Positions 12,190 through 25,066 of a DNA stretch of 64,000 nt are shown here, one piece after another (position 1 is the first letter of the stretch; each line of letters begins with the position of its first letter). Location of the stretch: assembly GCF_004010195.1 (NCBI RefSeq), contig NC_057719.1, positions 27,075,623 through 27,139,622 on the forward strand, read 5' to 3'. Under the pieces are notes generated by a model. That model was given only the letters and a program-made list of their open reading frames with translations. It did no database searches and was not told where the DNA came from. Made by a program: the position numbers and the translations under genes. The DNA comes from Chiloscyllium plagiosum. Its lineage: Eukaryota.

Positions 12190-15062
12190 CCACCTTATTA
12201 ATTACTTACAAATCCCCAATGGCATCTCTCAGGTCTGATTTCAGCCCCACCATGCCATTCCCAGAACAACCCACGACTCAGCAATTATCCTTGCATTCCT
12301 TGTGACCGTGCTCCCTTTGAAAGGTGACTGTACACCTGGATAAGCATTGGCATCCTGATGGTGACAGACTGAGTCAGAAGATGGTGGAGAAGGGGTAGAT
12401 GGCACGGCGATTTTCCAAGAGGGGAGGGCTGGCAGAGGAGACCATGCCACCAAATCTGGCAGCCTAGTCCAAGGTGCCCACCTCGCTCTGTGCTGTCTCC
12501 AGGATGTTGAGGGACAGCCAGTAGTACAGAAAGAAGGTCAAAGACCTTCTCTATTGGCCAGGGTAAGTGCTGCACTCTGCTCTCTGCCATCGCACACTCA
12601 CTGCATCCCTGCTACAGCACTCATCTCTCAGCAAGGCTAATATTCTCTCTCCACCCCCTCCCCTCCCACAACTCTAGCCTCCATGTTACTTCCTCAGCTC
12701 TTCAGAACAGCCCACCACCTTTCCCTCACATGCACCTGCATGAGGAGCCATGTCACTCACTGTTGTCTCACTGATTCCACACCCCCCCTCACCCCCCCAC
12801 TTTCCATCATGGCATAACAGGGTCAAACAATCCCATTAACATGGGGGAGTGCGCGACATTTAAATCCCCGTCCCCATCTGGCAAGAATTCTGGCCCTCAC
12901 AGGAGAAAATTGGCACTGCTTCTGCGGGGATGCTGAAACATGATCCTCATGAGAAGTGAGTAAGTAGCACTCTGTGTGCCACAGCAGCTCTGTTGTTAAC
13001 TCTGTTGTTAATCATTGCACACCAATTCTAACCACTGGGCATGACGCCGTATCTCTTCCCTGCATCTTGCGAGTTCATGCAGCCTGTCCAAGAATGCTGT
13101 GAAGAAAGGTCTACCTCTCCTGGAAATGCCCTCCCAGACCTCCAGGGACAAGAGTACCAAGGGTTTGGTAGTATTGGCAAGGCTGTCTCCTGCCTGCCCC
13201 ACGCTTAGGCATAGACAGTGTTGGCACAGAACCTAGTGAACATCTCATGGCAACTGCTCCACAGTTGGCTCAATGGAAGAAATGGCCCAGACAGGATGTC
13301 CCTGAGGCAGACAGTGATGTTATCCACAGGGACGGGGAGAGACAGAAGTGGCAGACATTCAGCATGAATGCAGTGGGTCTCGTTGCTTAAAAGCTTGCAG
13401 CAGTGCAGGGAGGTATGTGATTGTTAATAGGTTGTAGTCTGCCCTGGAGACCAGGTATAGCATCATCAGGGCTTGCTGAAAAGTGCACAGACCTGCACTC
13501 CACCACTCAGCCTCTAGAATATTAACATGGAGACAAGGGGGCAGGAAGTCTTTAACCCCTCAGTGAACAGACAAGGTGATGCCATGAGGCAGCCAGCTGG
13601 ATGTGGAACCACATACAGGCCCCTTCACAGTCTCCATTCAGGGCCACTGCAGACACTGCAGAGAGGGCTACCCCTGCATCTCCAACCTGTCTGCCCACAC
13701 TCCCCCCCCCCCGACCTTTGGAATTCGCTGAAGAGGGTCAACAAGAAGACTTACAACACGCTTCTCCAGCCAGTCTTTACCCTATCCCCAGCCTGAAAAA
13801 TCCTGCTCTCCCCTCTCCCCCTCACAGTTGTACTGTGCCCTGCCCTTCAGCCTGAAGGCCACAGTGTCAGACAGCAACCTGATGAAGCTCAGTCCCAGGG
13901 TAACGGCCACATTCACCCCACTCCCTACTCCTCCCCTTCTCCATTATGAACTGAGGATGTACACACCATAGACCAATTCCCCCTGACATGACTGGACAGC
14001 CCAAACCCCTGACTGAGGCTAAATTGTCTGCATTAGCCATACCTTTGGACTGACCGTTATGGAGCTAGCAGACTGACCACGCCCCACTCCCTGGACATCA
14101 AAAACACGGACACCACTGTCTGATAAAACTGACCAGGCATCTGACCACAACCAATGTCCTGGGCTTGGAAGATTGCCCTTGACTTACTGTGCCTGAAGTC
14201 CTGACAGGTGGGTACCTCCATGGTCCTCACTGAGGATGCCTGCCTTTGGAATTGGATAAGTGGCTGTCTGCTTACTGCACATGCAGTATGCTTGCTCTGT
14301 AAGCTGCTGGTGTAGGCAGTAGGTGCAAGATTGATGTGGCACGCTGTCAAGCAACCAGATGTGTGTCCCCTAGACTTAAGATTGCTCAGCAGCAAAGTAA
14401 GCCGCCTGTTTTAGTCACTGCTATAATTAGAATGGCAGGGCCGGCCAAACAGGAATGCTGCATGCCAACAGGTAGGGGCTAAGGACCGAGTGTGAAGACT
14501 GCAAAAGAGCACCTCGGGGATGCAGGGCTGTGAGCTGGGTGCCTGTGGCTGTGTGCAAAGTATTCCTGTTGCAGTCTTTCATTGTTAGTTGTTGCTGCAC
14601 TCTGTAATACAAATTTGTACTTCCCAAGCCCGATGCCAGTGCATGGGAGAAGTGCCAGGATGAACATGTGGTACAGACAGATGGCACATGCCAATGTCTT
14701 GTCTGATCTTGTTTGATTGGAGGCAGAATGGATGCCATTTGAAATAAGTGACAATCTGAATCCGACAGGTGTATGCTCTGGTTTCCTTGTTGAGATTCCC
14801 TGACATTGAGCTTGTTTGTTGAGACAGGAGGCTGAGTATTAATGAAGTGAATTGTGTTGTTAAGAAGTTCTTTAACAAGTACTAATCCTTGTCAGTTGGG
14901 ATCTCACCACTTCCTACAAAAATTTCACAGCCATTTGTGAAAAGCATAAAAGATGGCACGAGTTGCTCCCGATGTTGAGATGGGTCTTGCCCCACTTGTC
15001 ACCTGATTCTACCACATATTGCACCATTGCCCACAGCGCTCAGACCCCTTCACAATTCTGCA
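12190..15062. mobile_element. Possible highly degenerate PIF/Harbinger-like DNA transposon relic
   Basis: GC-richer block. 12462-12562 reads A*SKVPTSLCAVSRMLRDSQ*YRKKVKDLL followed by gtaagt, resembling a Myb/SANT-like helix. No transposase motif convincingly found; boundaries very uncertain. Confidence 0.3.
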
Positions 15063-15290
15063 CACTGTGTTTACTCTGTATGAACCCCCTGAGGTTGGTA
15101 CACTGGTGTTTTGCCTTGTACCCAAAGAGTAAGTGACATATGATGTGTCAATTGTTGATTTTTAGAGAAATACGAGTCTTGTGTAATGTATTGACTCTGA
15201 AGGGGTTAATGTTGTTGACTGCACTAAACTCCACGCAATCTAATAATGTCATATGGACTTGGGTAGGGAAACTCAGAGCAGCTTAGGATC

Positions 15291-16032
15291 ATTGATATAA
15301 TGATTTGGATGTGAACATAGGAGGCATGGTTAGTAAGTTTGCAGATGACAAAAAAATTGGTGGTGGAGTGGACAGTGAAGAAGGTTACCTCAGAGTACAA
15401 CGGGACCTTGCTCAGAAGAGACAATGGGTCAAGGAGTGGCAGATGGAGTTTAATTTAGATAAATGTGAGGTGCTGCATTTTGGAAAAGCAAATCAGAGCA
15501 AGACTAATACACTTAATGGTAAGGTCTTAGGGAGTGTTGCTGAACAAAGAAACCTTGGAGTGCATGTTCATGTTTCCTCAAAAGTGGTATCCCAGATAGA
15601 AAGGATAGTGAAGAAGGCATTTGGTATGCTTGCCTTTATTGGTCAGTCCTTTGAGTACAGGAGTTGGGAAGTCATGTTGCGGCTGTACAGGACATTGGTT
15701 AGGCCACTTTTAGAATATTGTATGCAATTCTGATTTACCTAATATAGGAAGGATGTTGTGAAACTTGAAAGGGTTAAGAAAAGATTTACAGGACTGGAGG
15801 CTTTGAGCTAAAGGGAGATGTTGAATAGGCTGGGGCTATTTTCCCTGGAGCATCAAAGGCTGAGGGGTGACTTTATGGAGGTTTATAAAATCATGAGGGG
15901 TATGGATAAGGTTAATAGACAAGGTCTTTTTCCCAGGGTGGGGGGAGTCCAAAACAAGAGGGCATAGGTTTAAGGTGGGAGGGGAAAGATTTAAAAGGTA
16001 CCTAAGGGGCAACGTTTTCACGCAGAGGGTGA
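15291..16032 (+). mobile_element. CR1 (HER1-type) RT C-terminal fragment
   Basis: ORF 15305-15733: SKFADDKKIGG...WQMEFNLDKCEVLHFG...LVRPLLEYC. Confidence 0.92.
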
Positions 16033-18429
16033 AAAGACTATAGTGACAGCAAACCACCCTGACTACAATCTGTTAATGGATGGCATTGTGACACATACAA
16101 CAACTAGATCACACTTGTTAAAAAGTACTTCTTGTGACACACCCTTATGCAGAAAGAGAAAAGGGACATATGTTAGTTTAATGGTTGCTCAAAAGCAATT
16201 AAAATATTAAAATATCTGTCGTAATCCGTTTGTGAAAGAACATACTAAAGGAAAGGGCTTGAATGAATAAGAGAATGATGAGGAATATGAAAAGGATTAT
16301 GCTTTTCCTGGTTTATAAGGAGAAGCCTTTGACTTTACCATACCATGTTCCCTACATGGCTTCTGGCCAAATGATGTGGAAGGCAATGTCTTGAAATAAA
16401 TTCAAGATCTTAACATTGCAAGACTCTTCTCTGAACTGCACTTGCTGTCTTCAGTGACATGACATCTTGACCTGCATGTCAAGTAGACATTAGAAGTGTT
16501 TGGAATACATCAGGGAGGCGATGCTTTAAAAGATCTGATATTGAATTAGTCACATAGATACACATAACCCGATAACAAAAAGAATGAATGCGGTTTGGGA
16601 AAGGGGCATCTTCCTTTGAATCCCTTTAATGAATTTCAATATGTCACCTTAATGTGATTAAATCAGCAAGTAACACGGAATTAAATATGTGGATACTTCC
16701 ATCCAGCCCTTTACTGAGCTCCTGATGCTGTCGGTATTTACGTTCCTTTTGTATAGAAAAATGGGTATTCCTTCCTTTCTAAATCAGCTCCATTTAATCG
16801 GTGCAATTTACTGTTGTGAGGGAGTGAAGACATTCCTTATTTTGTGTTATATTGCAATAGTTTTTGCTGATTGAATTAAGGGAGTCCATGGTTTCTTTTT
16901 ATTGATTTATTGTGTGAGAAGAAACTAATTCATGATCCCTGTCTAGCCTCACTCTACCAAATGCTTCCTCGCTTTGTCTTTGAGAAATTAGTGTGTGAAA
17001 GGCTCAAATCTCTCATTCAGATCATCAAAAGTTTTTGTCGTTCCACTGACATTATGCTATTGAACGATTAGTTATTGTATACAAAGGACATACCCTTAAA
17101 TGTGAGATGTGTGGAATTTTTACTGGAGTAATCTGTTGCTGCTTTTTCAGGCAGCACCCAAGACTTCCTATTATGCCATATGTTCTCAACACATACCTGA
17201 GACCTTGTTTTAATATTTCACCAGAAAGATGGCACCATTTTTGTTCAAAATTCAAGTTGTGAGCTGCTCCTTTTCCACTGGTTCTGCAGAAATTGGAAAA
17301 TGCTTACTAACAGTCAAGCATACTCATTGCTCAAATTCTGGGATTTAATTTGAACTGTCAGATTGGAAACCTCCAGGCAGATTAAGGGAACTGGAAAGTT
17401 CAGCCTTTTAAAATCTCCTGAGGTATCATCAGAGCCCAACTTGTCCATCCAGATTTTCTTAGAACACAGATGTGAATAGTATTTAAATAAGTAATGAACT
17501 CTGTGTACAGTTTGATATGGGTCCTCGTCCTGACTGAAGTGTGATTGCATGCACATATACAGACATGCTAAGGATTTCCATGCCTGCCTTTAGCTGCAAG
17601 CACAGTATTTTGGTGACTCACTTGAATTGAGCCTTAAACTTAAATAAATGATTATTGATTGAGAAAGAAATTGTTTGGATTTTATTGATTTATGGAAAGA
17701 AAACTAGGACAATAGTTCTGCAACAGAAGGAGAAAACTTTGGACAAAGAGGATCTTAAAGGTTGAAAAATGATGCCTGTCACAAACATTAGAATACTGAG
17801 AGAATATTTACAATCAGGTATTTATTTTACTGTAAATTATGTACCTTCTGGAAAGCCTATTTGTGTAATGGTACAGTCAAAAATAACTGTTATGTTAGAC
17901 AACCCACTGTTATGTCTCTGTAATAATGTGCCCAAAAGCCACACAACTTCTATTAAGAACATCCAAGACAGCACTTCAGAGACACCACTGAATCATTTAT
18001 TTTAATATTCAGTAAATAGATACAAAAACATGCTTCAGCTTCAATGAACTTCCAAATGCACGTTCTATATGTCTGTTCCAAGTAATCTTGTTGCAGTAAT
18101 TCAAGATACATAATAGAATTTCACTGCAACCTTACTGAACTCCATTCATTTAGTATTTTTCACCAATGCAATAGCACTTGCACTTTTAAGTTGCTTTTAA
18201 CATAAAAGCCTAAGGAAATTCTGATGACAATTTGTTTTTTTTTTGTTTCTCATGTTAGAAGTTAACTGACTGACCTGAACCTTGTTTAAAAAGTTGTAAC
18301 TCAATAAATCATTCATCCGTTAACAATTCCTGCAGGGAATTATTTTCTCAGATCCAGTTACACACTTGTAGTATAAGGATCTAAGGAAAACTGAAAAGGT
18401 ATATTACTATATTAAATTTCAAAGTGATT

Positions 18430-19640
18430 CAGTTAAGTCCCCTGGTGTTAAAAGTCTCCCCTAGTTCTGGACTGACCCATAGAGGAAATATTCTTTCCAA
18501 GTCCACCTTGTCAAGGATGTTTAGTATTTTATACGCTTCTGTCAAGACCCCCTCACTCTTCTCAACTCCAATGAAAGCAAGCTCAGCCTGTCCAACCTAT
18601 TCTCAAAAGTCAGTCTGTTCTGTCGCGGTATCAACCTAATAAACCTCTTCTGAACTGCCTACAATAGACAATAGGTGCAGGAGTAGGCTATTCTGCCCTT
18701 CGAGCCTGCACCACCATTCAATATGATCATGGCTGATCATCCTTAATCAGTATCCTGTTCCTGCCTTATCTCCATAACCCTTTATTCCACTATCCTTGAG
18801 AGCTCTATCCAACTCTTTCTTAAATGAATCCAGAGACTGGGCCTCCACTGCCCTCTGGGGCAGAGCATTCCACATAGCCACCACTCTCTGGGTGAAGAGG
18901 TTTCTCCTCATCTCTGTCCTAAATGGTCTACCCCGTATTTTTAAGCTGTGTCCTGTGGTTCGGCACGCACTCATCAGCGGATACATGTTTCCTGCCTCCA
19001 GAGTGTCCAATCCTTTAATAGTCTTATATGTCTCAATCAGATCCCCTCTCAGTCTTCTAAACTCAAGGGTATACAAGCCCAGTCGCTCCAGTCTTTCAGT
19101 GTAAGGTAGTCCCACCATTCCAGGAATTGACCTCGTGAACCTACGCTGCACTCCCTCAATAGCCAGAATGTCTTTCCTCAAATTTGGAGACCAGAACTGC
19201 ACACAATACTCCAGGTGTGGTCTCACCAGGGCCCTGTACAGCTGCAGAAGAACCTCTGCTTCTGTATCAATCCCTCTTGATATGAAGGCCAGCATGCTAT
19301 TAGCCTTCTTCACTACCTGCTGTACCTGCATGCTTACCTTCATTGACTGGTGTACAAGAACACCCAGATCTCTTTGTACTGCCCCTACAATGCATTTACA
19401 TCCTTCCTTAATTAGGGAGACTAAAGAGGGAGCTCAGCGAGCAAGCTTACATCCAGGGAGACCAAATACAAACACCGTATTCAAGGTAAGGCCTCACTAA
19501 TGCCCAGTATAACTGAAATGCAACATCCTTACTTTTATATTGAATACCTGACATAATAAAGGATAGCATCCCATTTGCCTTCTTGATTCTGTACTGTACC
19601 TGCATACTAACATTTTGTGACTCATTCACCAGAACATCTA
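18430..19640 (-). mobile_element. Older CR1 fragment interrupted by a younger CR1
   Basis: Minus-strand ORF 19447-19629 (KKANGMLSFI...LVRPYLEY); homology continues on the other side of the insertion at 18430-18660. Confidence 0.75.
18666..19383 (-). mobile_element. Young 5'-truncated CR1 LINE
   Basis: 198-aa ORF 18747-19343 (LYRALVRPHLEYCVQFWSP...RRLRGDLIE...WNALP); 8-bp TSD cctacaat at 18658-18665 and 19384-19391. Confidence 0.92.
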
Positions 19641-20492
19641 ATACTTCATTACGTACTTTAGCAGCTCACATCTCTGACAGTGGGACTGCCAATTTTTCAG
19701 TGTTGGACAGCCTCCTGTTGATCCTCCAGATTCAACAGCAAATTAGCAGGCTACCTCTGGGAAAATAGATTAATTGGTCTGTGCTCCTGGCAATCCAGGC
19801 TCAGCATTCCCATTTTGTCCTGACTTTGGTGTTGCAAAGACCGTGGGAAAGTTCTGCCCAATGCAGTTAGAAATTTCTCCCACACGTTCAAATGCCGTAA
19901 GTGAGATTACAGCAAATGTTTAAAATACACTCAAAAGTAGATATTATCTGTGAAGAGAAAAGCTACTAATATTTCAGCAGTAACTCATCAGACATGAATG
20001 CTGAAAGACAAACAGATGTATTGCTGAAAGAAACAGCAGGTGCTTCCATCTCAAAAGAAATGGTGAATAGATGAAATGATAGGGAATCAATTTAAAAAAT
20101 GAAAGCAGGCCTATCAAGGTGGTGAAACTAAATGTGATACTTACATAAGTAAAAGATTTGAGTTGTATTTGGTAAAGATCAATGATGAGGTAAGTGTATT
20201 CTCCTTGCTGATTTTGCAGCTTTTGATAGAATCATCCCTAAGAATCACATTGAGCAGATGTTGGGTCAGTATGGTTTGGCTTGAGTGAGAGCAGGCACAA
20301 TGTAGATTCAGTTCCGATAGAGCCGACTGCCACAGTTGATGTTGGCCGGTATTGCTTTAGCCAATTTAAAGGCAAATAGATGTTTAACTGTTTTGAATAG
20401 AAGAGCTTAAATGGTAATGGACCCATATTTGAAGTTACATACAAAGTTATTTTTAGTTGCCAGGAGTTTGGAAGACTTTATTTAATTTACGT

Positions 20493-20807
20493 AGATTAGA
20501 TTAGATTACTTACAGTGTGGAAACAGGCCCTTCGGCCCAACAAGTCCACACCGCCCCGCCGAAGCACAACCCACCCATACCTCTACATGTACCCCTTACC
20601 TAACACTACGGGCAATTTAGCATGGCCAATTCACCAGACCTGCACATCTTTGGACTGTGGGAGGAAACCGAAGCACCTGGAGGAAACCCACGCAGACACG
20701 GGGAGAACGTGCAAACTCCACACAGTCAGTCGCCTGAGGCGGGAATTGAACCCGGGTCTCTGGCGCTGTGAGGCAGCAGTGCTAACCACTGTGCCACCGT
20801 GCCGCCC
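20493..20807 (-). mobile_element. Young HE1-type V-SINE
   Basis: CpG-rich, intact A/B-box head and (aatct)n tail; closely matches the reverse complement of 56449-56772. Confidence 0.93.
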
Positions 20808-21329
20808 ACTAATAATGCCGAACATGAAACAAAGGAAATTATATTTATATAGTGCCTTAAAACTTGCTCGCTATCTCAAAGTTATTTGATGTGATTTTCT
20901 TTCAAATGTAATCATAGTCTGGTGATCAGTTAAAAAGAGCAAGTTCTTCATAAACAGGAAATGAGCTGAATAGCCTGATCTTTTAGGGACTGGATGGGAA
21001 GCGGAGTCATAGGCCTGGGGTGGTATTTATTTCTGAGGGTAGTATGTTGGCCATTCAGATTGGACTCAGCAGAATATATAATGATGCTTATGTAATGTTG
21101 CTGGCAGTGTACGTGATGATATACTGAGGATTGGAAGGGGGCAGAGGTTTTACCAGAGTCTTAATAGAATGTGTTATCTATTCAGTTGTAAGTGAAGGGG
21201 TCTTGTAGGAAGTACCTAGGACTGAAGAAGCAGTGTCTGTGTTTGGGCCTGGTACTAATGATAAAAGATCAAGCTGGCCCATCAGAATTCCATCACTTCA
21301 GCATTGAGTTTGCATTACTTATTAATCTT

Positions 21330-22372
21330 TTGATTTAATTGATTATTGTCAATTTTCATGCAGTACAGGCAGATTACAGGGGTAATAAAACAGAGCAAAG
21401 AATGTAATGTTACGGCTGCAGGAAAGGTGCAAAGAGCAATGTCAGCATTAAATTTGAAGTTTGAGAGGTCTATTCAGAAGTCTAATAACAGAGGGGAAGA
21501 AGCTGTTCTTGAATCTGTTGGTATGTGTGTTTAGGCTTTTATATTTTCTGCCGACAGAAGAGATTGGAAAAGACAAAGAGCAATGTCAGCATTAAATTTG
21601 AAGTTTGAGAGGTCTATTCAGAAGTCTAATAACAGAGGGGAAGAAGCTGTTCTTGAATCTGTTGTTATGTGTGTTTAGGCTTTTAATATCTTCTGCCCGA
21701 CAGAAGAGATTGGAAAAGATTATAACTGGGATGGAGGGGGTCTTTGATTATGTTGGTTGCCCTTTTAAGGCAACAAGGAGTATAGGAGGAGTCAGTGGAT
21801 GGAAGGTTGGCTTGCATGATGGACTGAGCTATGCTGACAGCTCTCTGTAATTTCTTACTGTTGGGCAGAGAAGTTGCTGTACAAAGCAATGATGCAATCA
21901 GATAGAATGCTTTCTATGGTGCATCTATAAAAATTGGTTAAGAGATTTTACAGACATGCCGAATTTCCTTAGCATCCTGAGGAAGTGGAGGTGTTGTTGT
22001 GCTTTGTTAACCATCACAAAAAGGTAGGTGATCCAGGACAGATTGTTGGTGATTGTGACTCCTAAGAACTTGACCCCCTCGGCCATCTCCACTTCAGCTC
22101 AATTGCTGTAGATAGGGGCATGCCTCCACCTTGCTTCCTGAAGTCAATGACCAGCTCTTTCATCTTACTGCTGTTGAGAGACAGGTTGTTATCTTCACAC
22201 CACGCCACTAAGCATTCTGTTTCTTTCCTGTATTCTGCCTCGTCATGATTTGAGATCCAGCCTACAACAGTGATATAATAGCAAATGTGTAGATGGAGTT
22301 AGGATGAAGTTTAGCCACATAGCCATGAATGTGCAAGGAGTCTGGTAAGGGGCTGAGTTCACATCCTTATGG
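21330..22372 (-). mobile_element. Rex1/Babar-clade LINE 3' fragment
   Basis: Minus strand gives degenerate P.GCELSPL...SIYTFA RT motifs near 22260-22370 and the C-terminus KLQRAVSIAQSI...IIKDPLHPSYNLFQSLLSGRRY, typical of Rex1/Babar ORFs. Confidence 0.8.
21430..21719. repeat. Tandem duplication of two ~145-bp units
   Basis: caaagagcaatgtcagc...gattggaaaaga at 21430-21573 and 21574-21719, differing by about 4 substitutions/indels. Confidence 0.92.
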
Positions 22373-22456
22373 ATTTATCCACGTACACTGCCAGCAACAT
22401 TACATTAGCATCATTATATATTCTGCTGAGTCCAATCTGAATGGCCAACATACTAC

Positions 22457-23615
22457 CCTATTTGATTTCAGATAGTCAACATGGTTTCGTCAAAGGCAGG
22501 TCGTGTATCACAAACCTCATTCAGTTTTTTGAGAAGGTGACCAAGCATGTAGATGAGGGTATGGCAGTTGACGTGGTGTACATGGACTTCAGTAAAGCCT
22601 TTGATAAGATTCCACATGGTAGACTGTTGGAGAAAGTGCAGAGGCATGGAATTGAAGGCGATTTAACAGTTTGGATTAGAAACTGGCTTTCTGTAAGAAG
22701 GCAGCGAGTGGTGGTTGATGGAAAATATTCAGCCTGGAGTCCGGTTACTAGTAGCATGCCACAAGGATCTGTTTTGGGACCATTGCTGTTTGTCATTTTT
22801 ATAAATGACTTAGATGCAGGCATAGGTGGATGGATTAGTAAGTTTGCAGATGACTCTAAAATCGGTGGGATAGTGGACAGTGTGGAAGAATGTTGCAGGT
22901 GGCAGGCGTTCTTGGATAAATTGCAGAATTGGTCTGAGAGGTGGCAAATGGAGTTCAATGCAGCTAAACATGAGGTGATTCACTTTGGGAAGAATAACAG
23001 GAAGGCAGAACACTGGATAATGGAAAGATTCTTAGTATTGTGGATATGCAGAGGGATCTTGGAGTCCATTTACATAGATCCCTGAAAGTTGCCATCCAAG
23101 TTGATAGTGCTGTTCAGAAGCCATACAGTGTGTTAGGTTTTATTGGTAGAGAGATTGAGTTCTGAAGCCATATGTCATGCTGCAACTGTACAAATGCTAG
23201 TGCAGCCGCACTTGGAATATTATGTACAGTTCTGGTCGCCCCATTAGACGAAGGATGTGGAAGCATTGGAAAAGGTGCAGAGGAGATTTACCAGGATGTT
23301 GCCTGGTCTGGAGGGAAGCTGTAATAAGGAAATGCTGAGAGAGTTGGGTCTGTTCTCATTGGAAAGAAGAAGGCTAAAAGGGGATATGATAGAAACATAC
23401 AAGATGATCAGAGGATTAGATAAGTTAGAAAATGGAAGTTTTTTTCCTAGGATGATGACGTCTGCTTGTACGAGGGGGCATAGCTACAAATGAGAGGTGA
23501 TAGGTTTAAGACAGAGGTCAGAGGCAGGTCCTTACTCAGAGAGTGGTAAGGGCGTGGAATGCCATGCCTGCCAATGTAGTTAACTCAGCCATATTAGGGG
23601 CATTTAAACAGTCCT
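22457..23615 (+). mobile_element. CR1 LINE RT fragment
   Basis: ORF 22441-23085: QHGFVKGRSCITNL...DFSKAFD...PQGSVLGPLLF...FADDSK. Confidence 0.92.
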
Positions 23616-23849
23616 ATGTTATGACATACTTCCATAAAGTAATTTCATGATAACTTTCAGCATAACACTTAATCTTTGAGATTAATTGCCCCTGATGGCA
23701 CACACTCATAGAAAGCGTTAAGACACCATATGTCTCACATGCACATGTAATGGATAATTATGAGGACTTGATTATGGCATGTGAAGGACTGACTGAAGAT
23801 GGACAAAATGAGACAGAGCTGCAGGACAAGTATATTCTGAAAGTGTCTT

Positions 23850-24190
23850 TTTTCTCACTCGTGGGACTTAGACATTGCTGGCTGAGCCAGCGTTTATTGC
23901 TCATCCATAGTTGCCTTTGAGAAAGTGGTGGTGAGCTGTCATCTTGAACCATTGCAGTCCACAATGCCATTAAGGAGGGAATTTGAAAGAAGATGAGATT
24001 GACTGAGCTGAAGGAATGGCAATATATTTCCAAGTCATGATGGTGGGTGATTTGGAGAGGAATTTGCAAGTAGTGGATGCCCTTTTCTTCTAGTTAGTAG
24101 TGATTGTGCATTCGGAAGGTGCTGTCTAATGAGTTTAGCTGAATTACACCATGGCATCTTGTAGATGGTACACAGTGCTGCTGTGCACAG
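23850..24190 (-). mobile_element. 3' fragment of the second LINE family (same as 43235-45556)
   Basis: Reverse-complement match to 45190-45550 (accaccttctcaagggcaact...aataaa..ctggc..agccagcaa). Confidence 0.7.
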
Positions 24191-24454
24191 ACAAGATAGA
24201 TTAGGAACAACTGTTCCCAGTCTCTGGGCAGCCTCTGAAGTAGAGACACATAGTCACAAAATTGGAGCCAGCCTTTTCAGGAATGAAATTAGGAACTGCT
24301 TCTTCACACAAAACATGGTAGGTGTTTGGAGCTCCCTTCTGTAAAACCCATTGACCATAAGTCAATTGTTTTAGTTCTGAGGTTGATAGATTATTGCTGA
24401 TCAATAGCATTAAGGAATGCATCAATCTGTCTTATCTGCTCCCTTAACATCTTT

Positions 24455-24860
24455 AAAAACTTGGAGAGAAAGTAAAGTTTCAGGTCCAGTGACCCTTCTT
24501 CAGAGCTGGTTGTAACTAAGATAAAGGTGGTATATATGCTGAAGATGAGGTGGAGATGGAGCACAGGGCGAGAGAACAACAGTTGACCGTTACCCATTCC
24601 TTTGTCTGCCCAACTTTCTGTCCACAGATACTCGGAAAAACTAGGACTGCAGGTGCTGGAGAGTCAGAGTCAACAAGTGTAGCACTGGAAAAGCTCAGCA
24701 GGTCAGGCAGCATCCGAGGAGCAGGAGAGTCGATGTTATGGGCATAAGCCCTTCATCAGGAATGTGGAGGACCATTCCAAAGCAACCCATATTGTTGTGG
24801 GTCTGGAGTCTCCACAGATACTGCCAGACTTGCTGCGTTTCTCCAGCAATTTTCTTTCTA
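24455..24860. mobile_element. Inverted family-B pLTR-like element with a nested family-A pLTR insertion (24633-24810)
   Basis: 12-bp TSD tccacagatact at 24621-24632 and 24811-24822; minus-strand HHR motifs at 24473-24503 (family B) and 24730-24759 (family A, GAAA mutated). Confidence 0.75.
24473..24503 (-). ncRNA. Minimal hammerhead ribozyme motif, family B
   Basis: Minus strand CTGAAGA-A-GGGTC-ACTG-GACCT-GAAA-CTTTA; both core boxes intact, 5-bp helix II with one G-U pair. Confidence 0.6.
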
Positions 24861-24867
24861 AACCTTA

Positions 24868-25066
24868 GGTTCACTTATGTCCTTTAAGGAAGGATGGCTG
24901 CCTACCCAGTCTGACCTGCATGAGACTTCAAACCCACAGCAATGTGGTTGCTTTTTAATGGTCCTCTGAAATTGCCAAGCAACCCATTCAATCCAAGGAG
25001 AAGTAGGAATGAGCCTTAAATGCTGGTTTTGTCAGTATCATCTGTGTTCCACGAAAGAATTAAAAA
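24868..25066 (+). mobile_element. 3' half of the second SINE family
   Basis: ggttcacttatgtcctttaaggaagg...cccacagcaatgtggttg...aaatgctgg; homologous to 56070-56247. Confidence 0.7.

Noticed and set aside
20515..20889. ORFs overlapping HE1 SINEs (also 32480, 32638, 40197, 56453)
   Set aside because: Chance reading frames in non-coding SINE copies.
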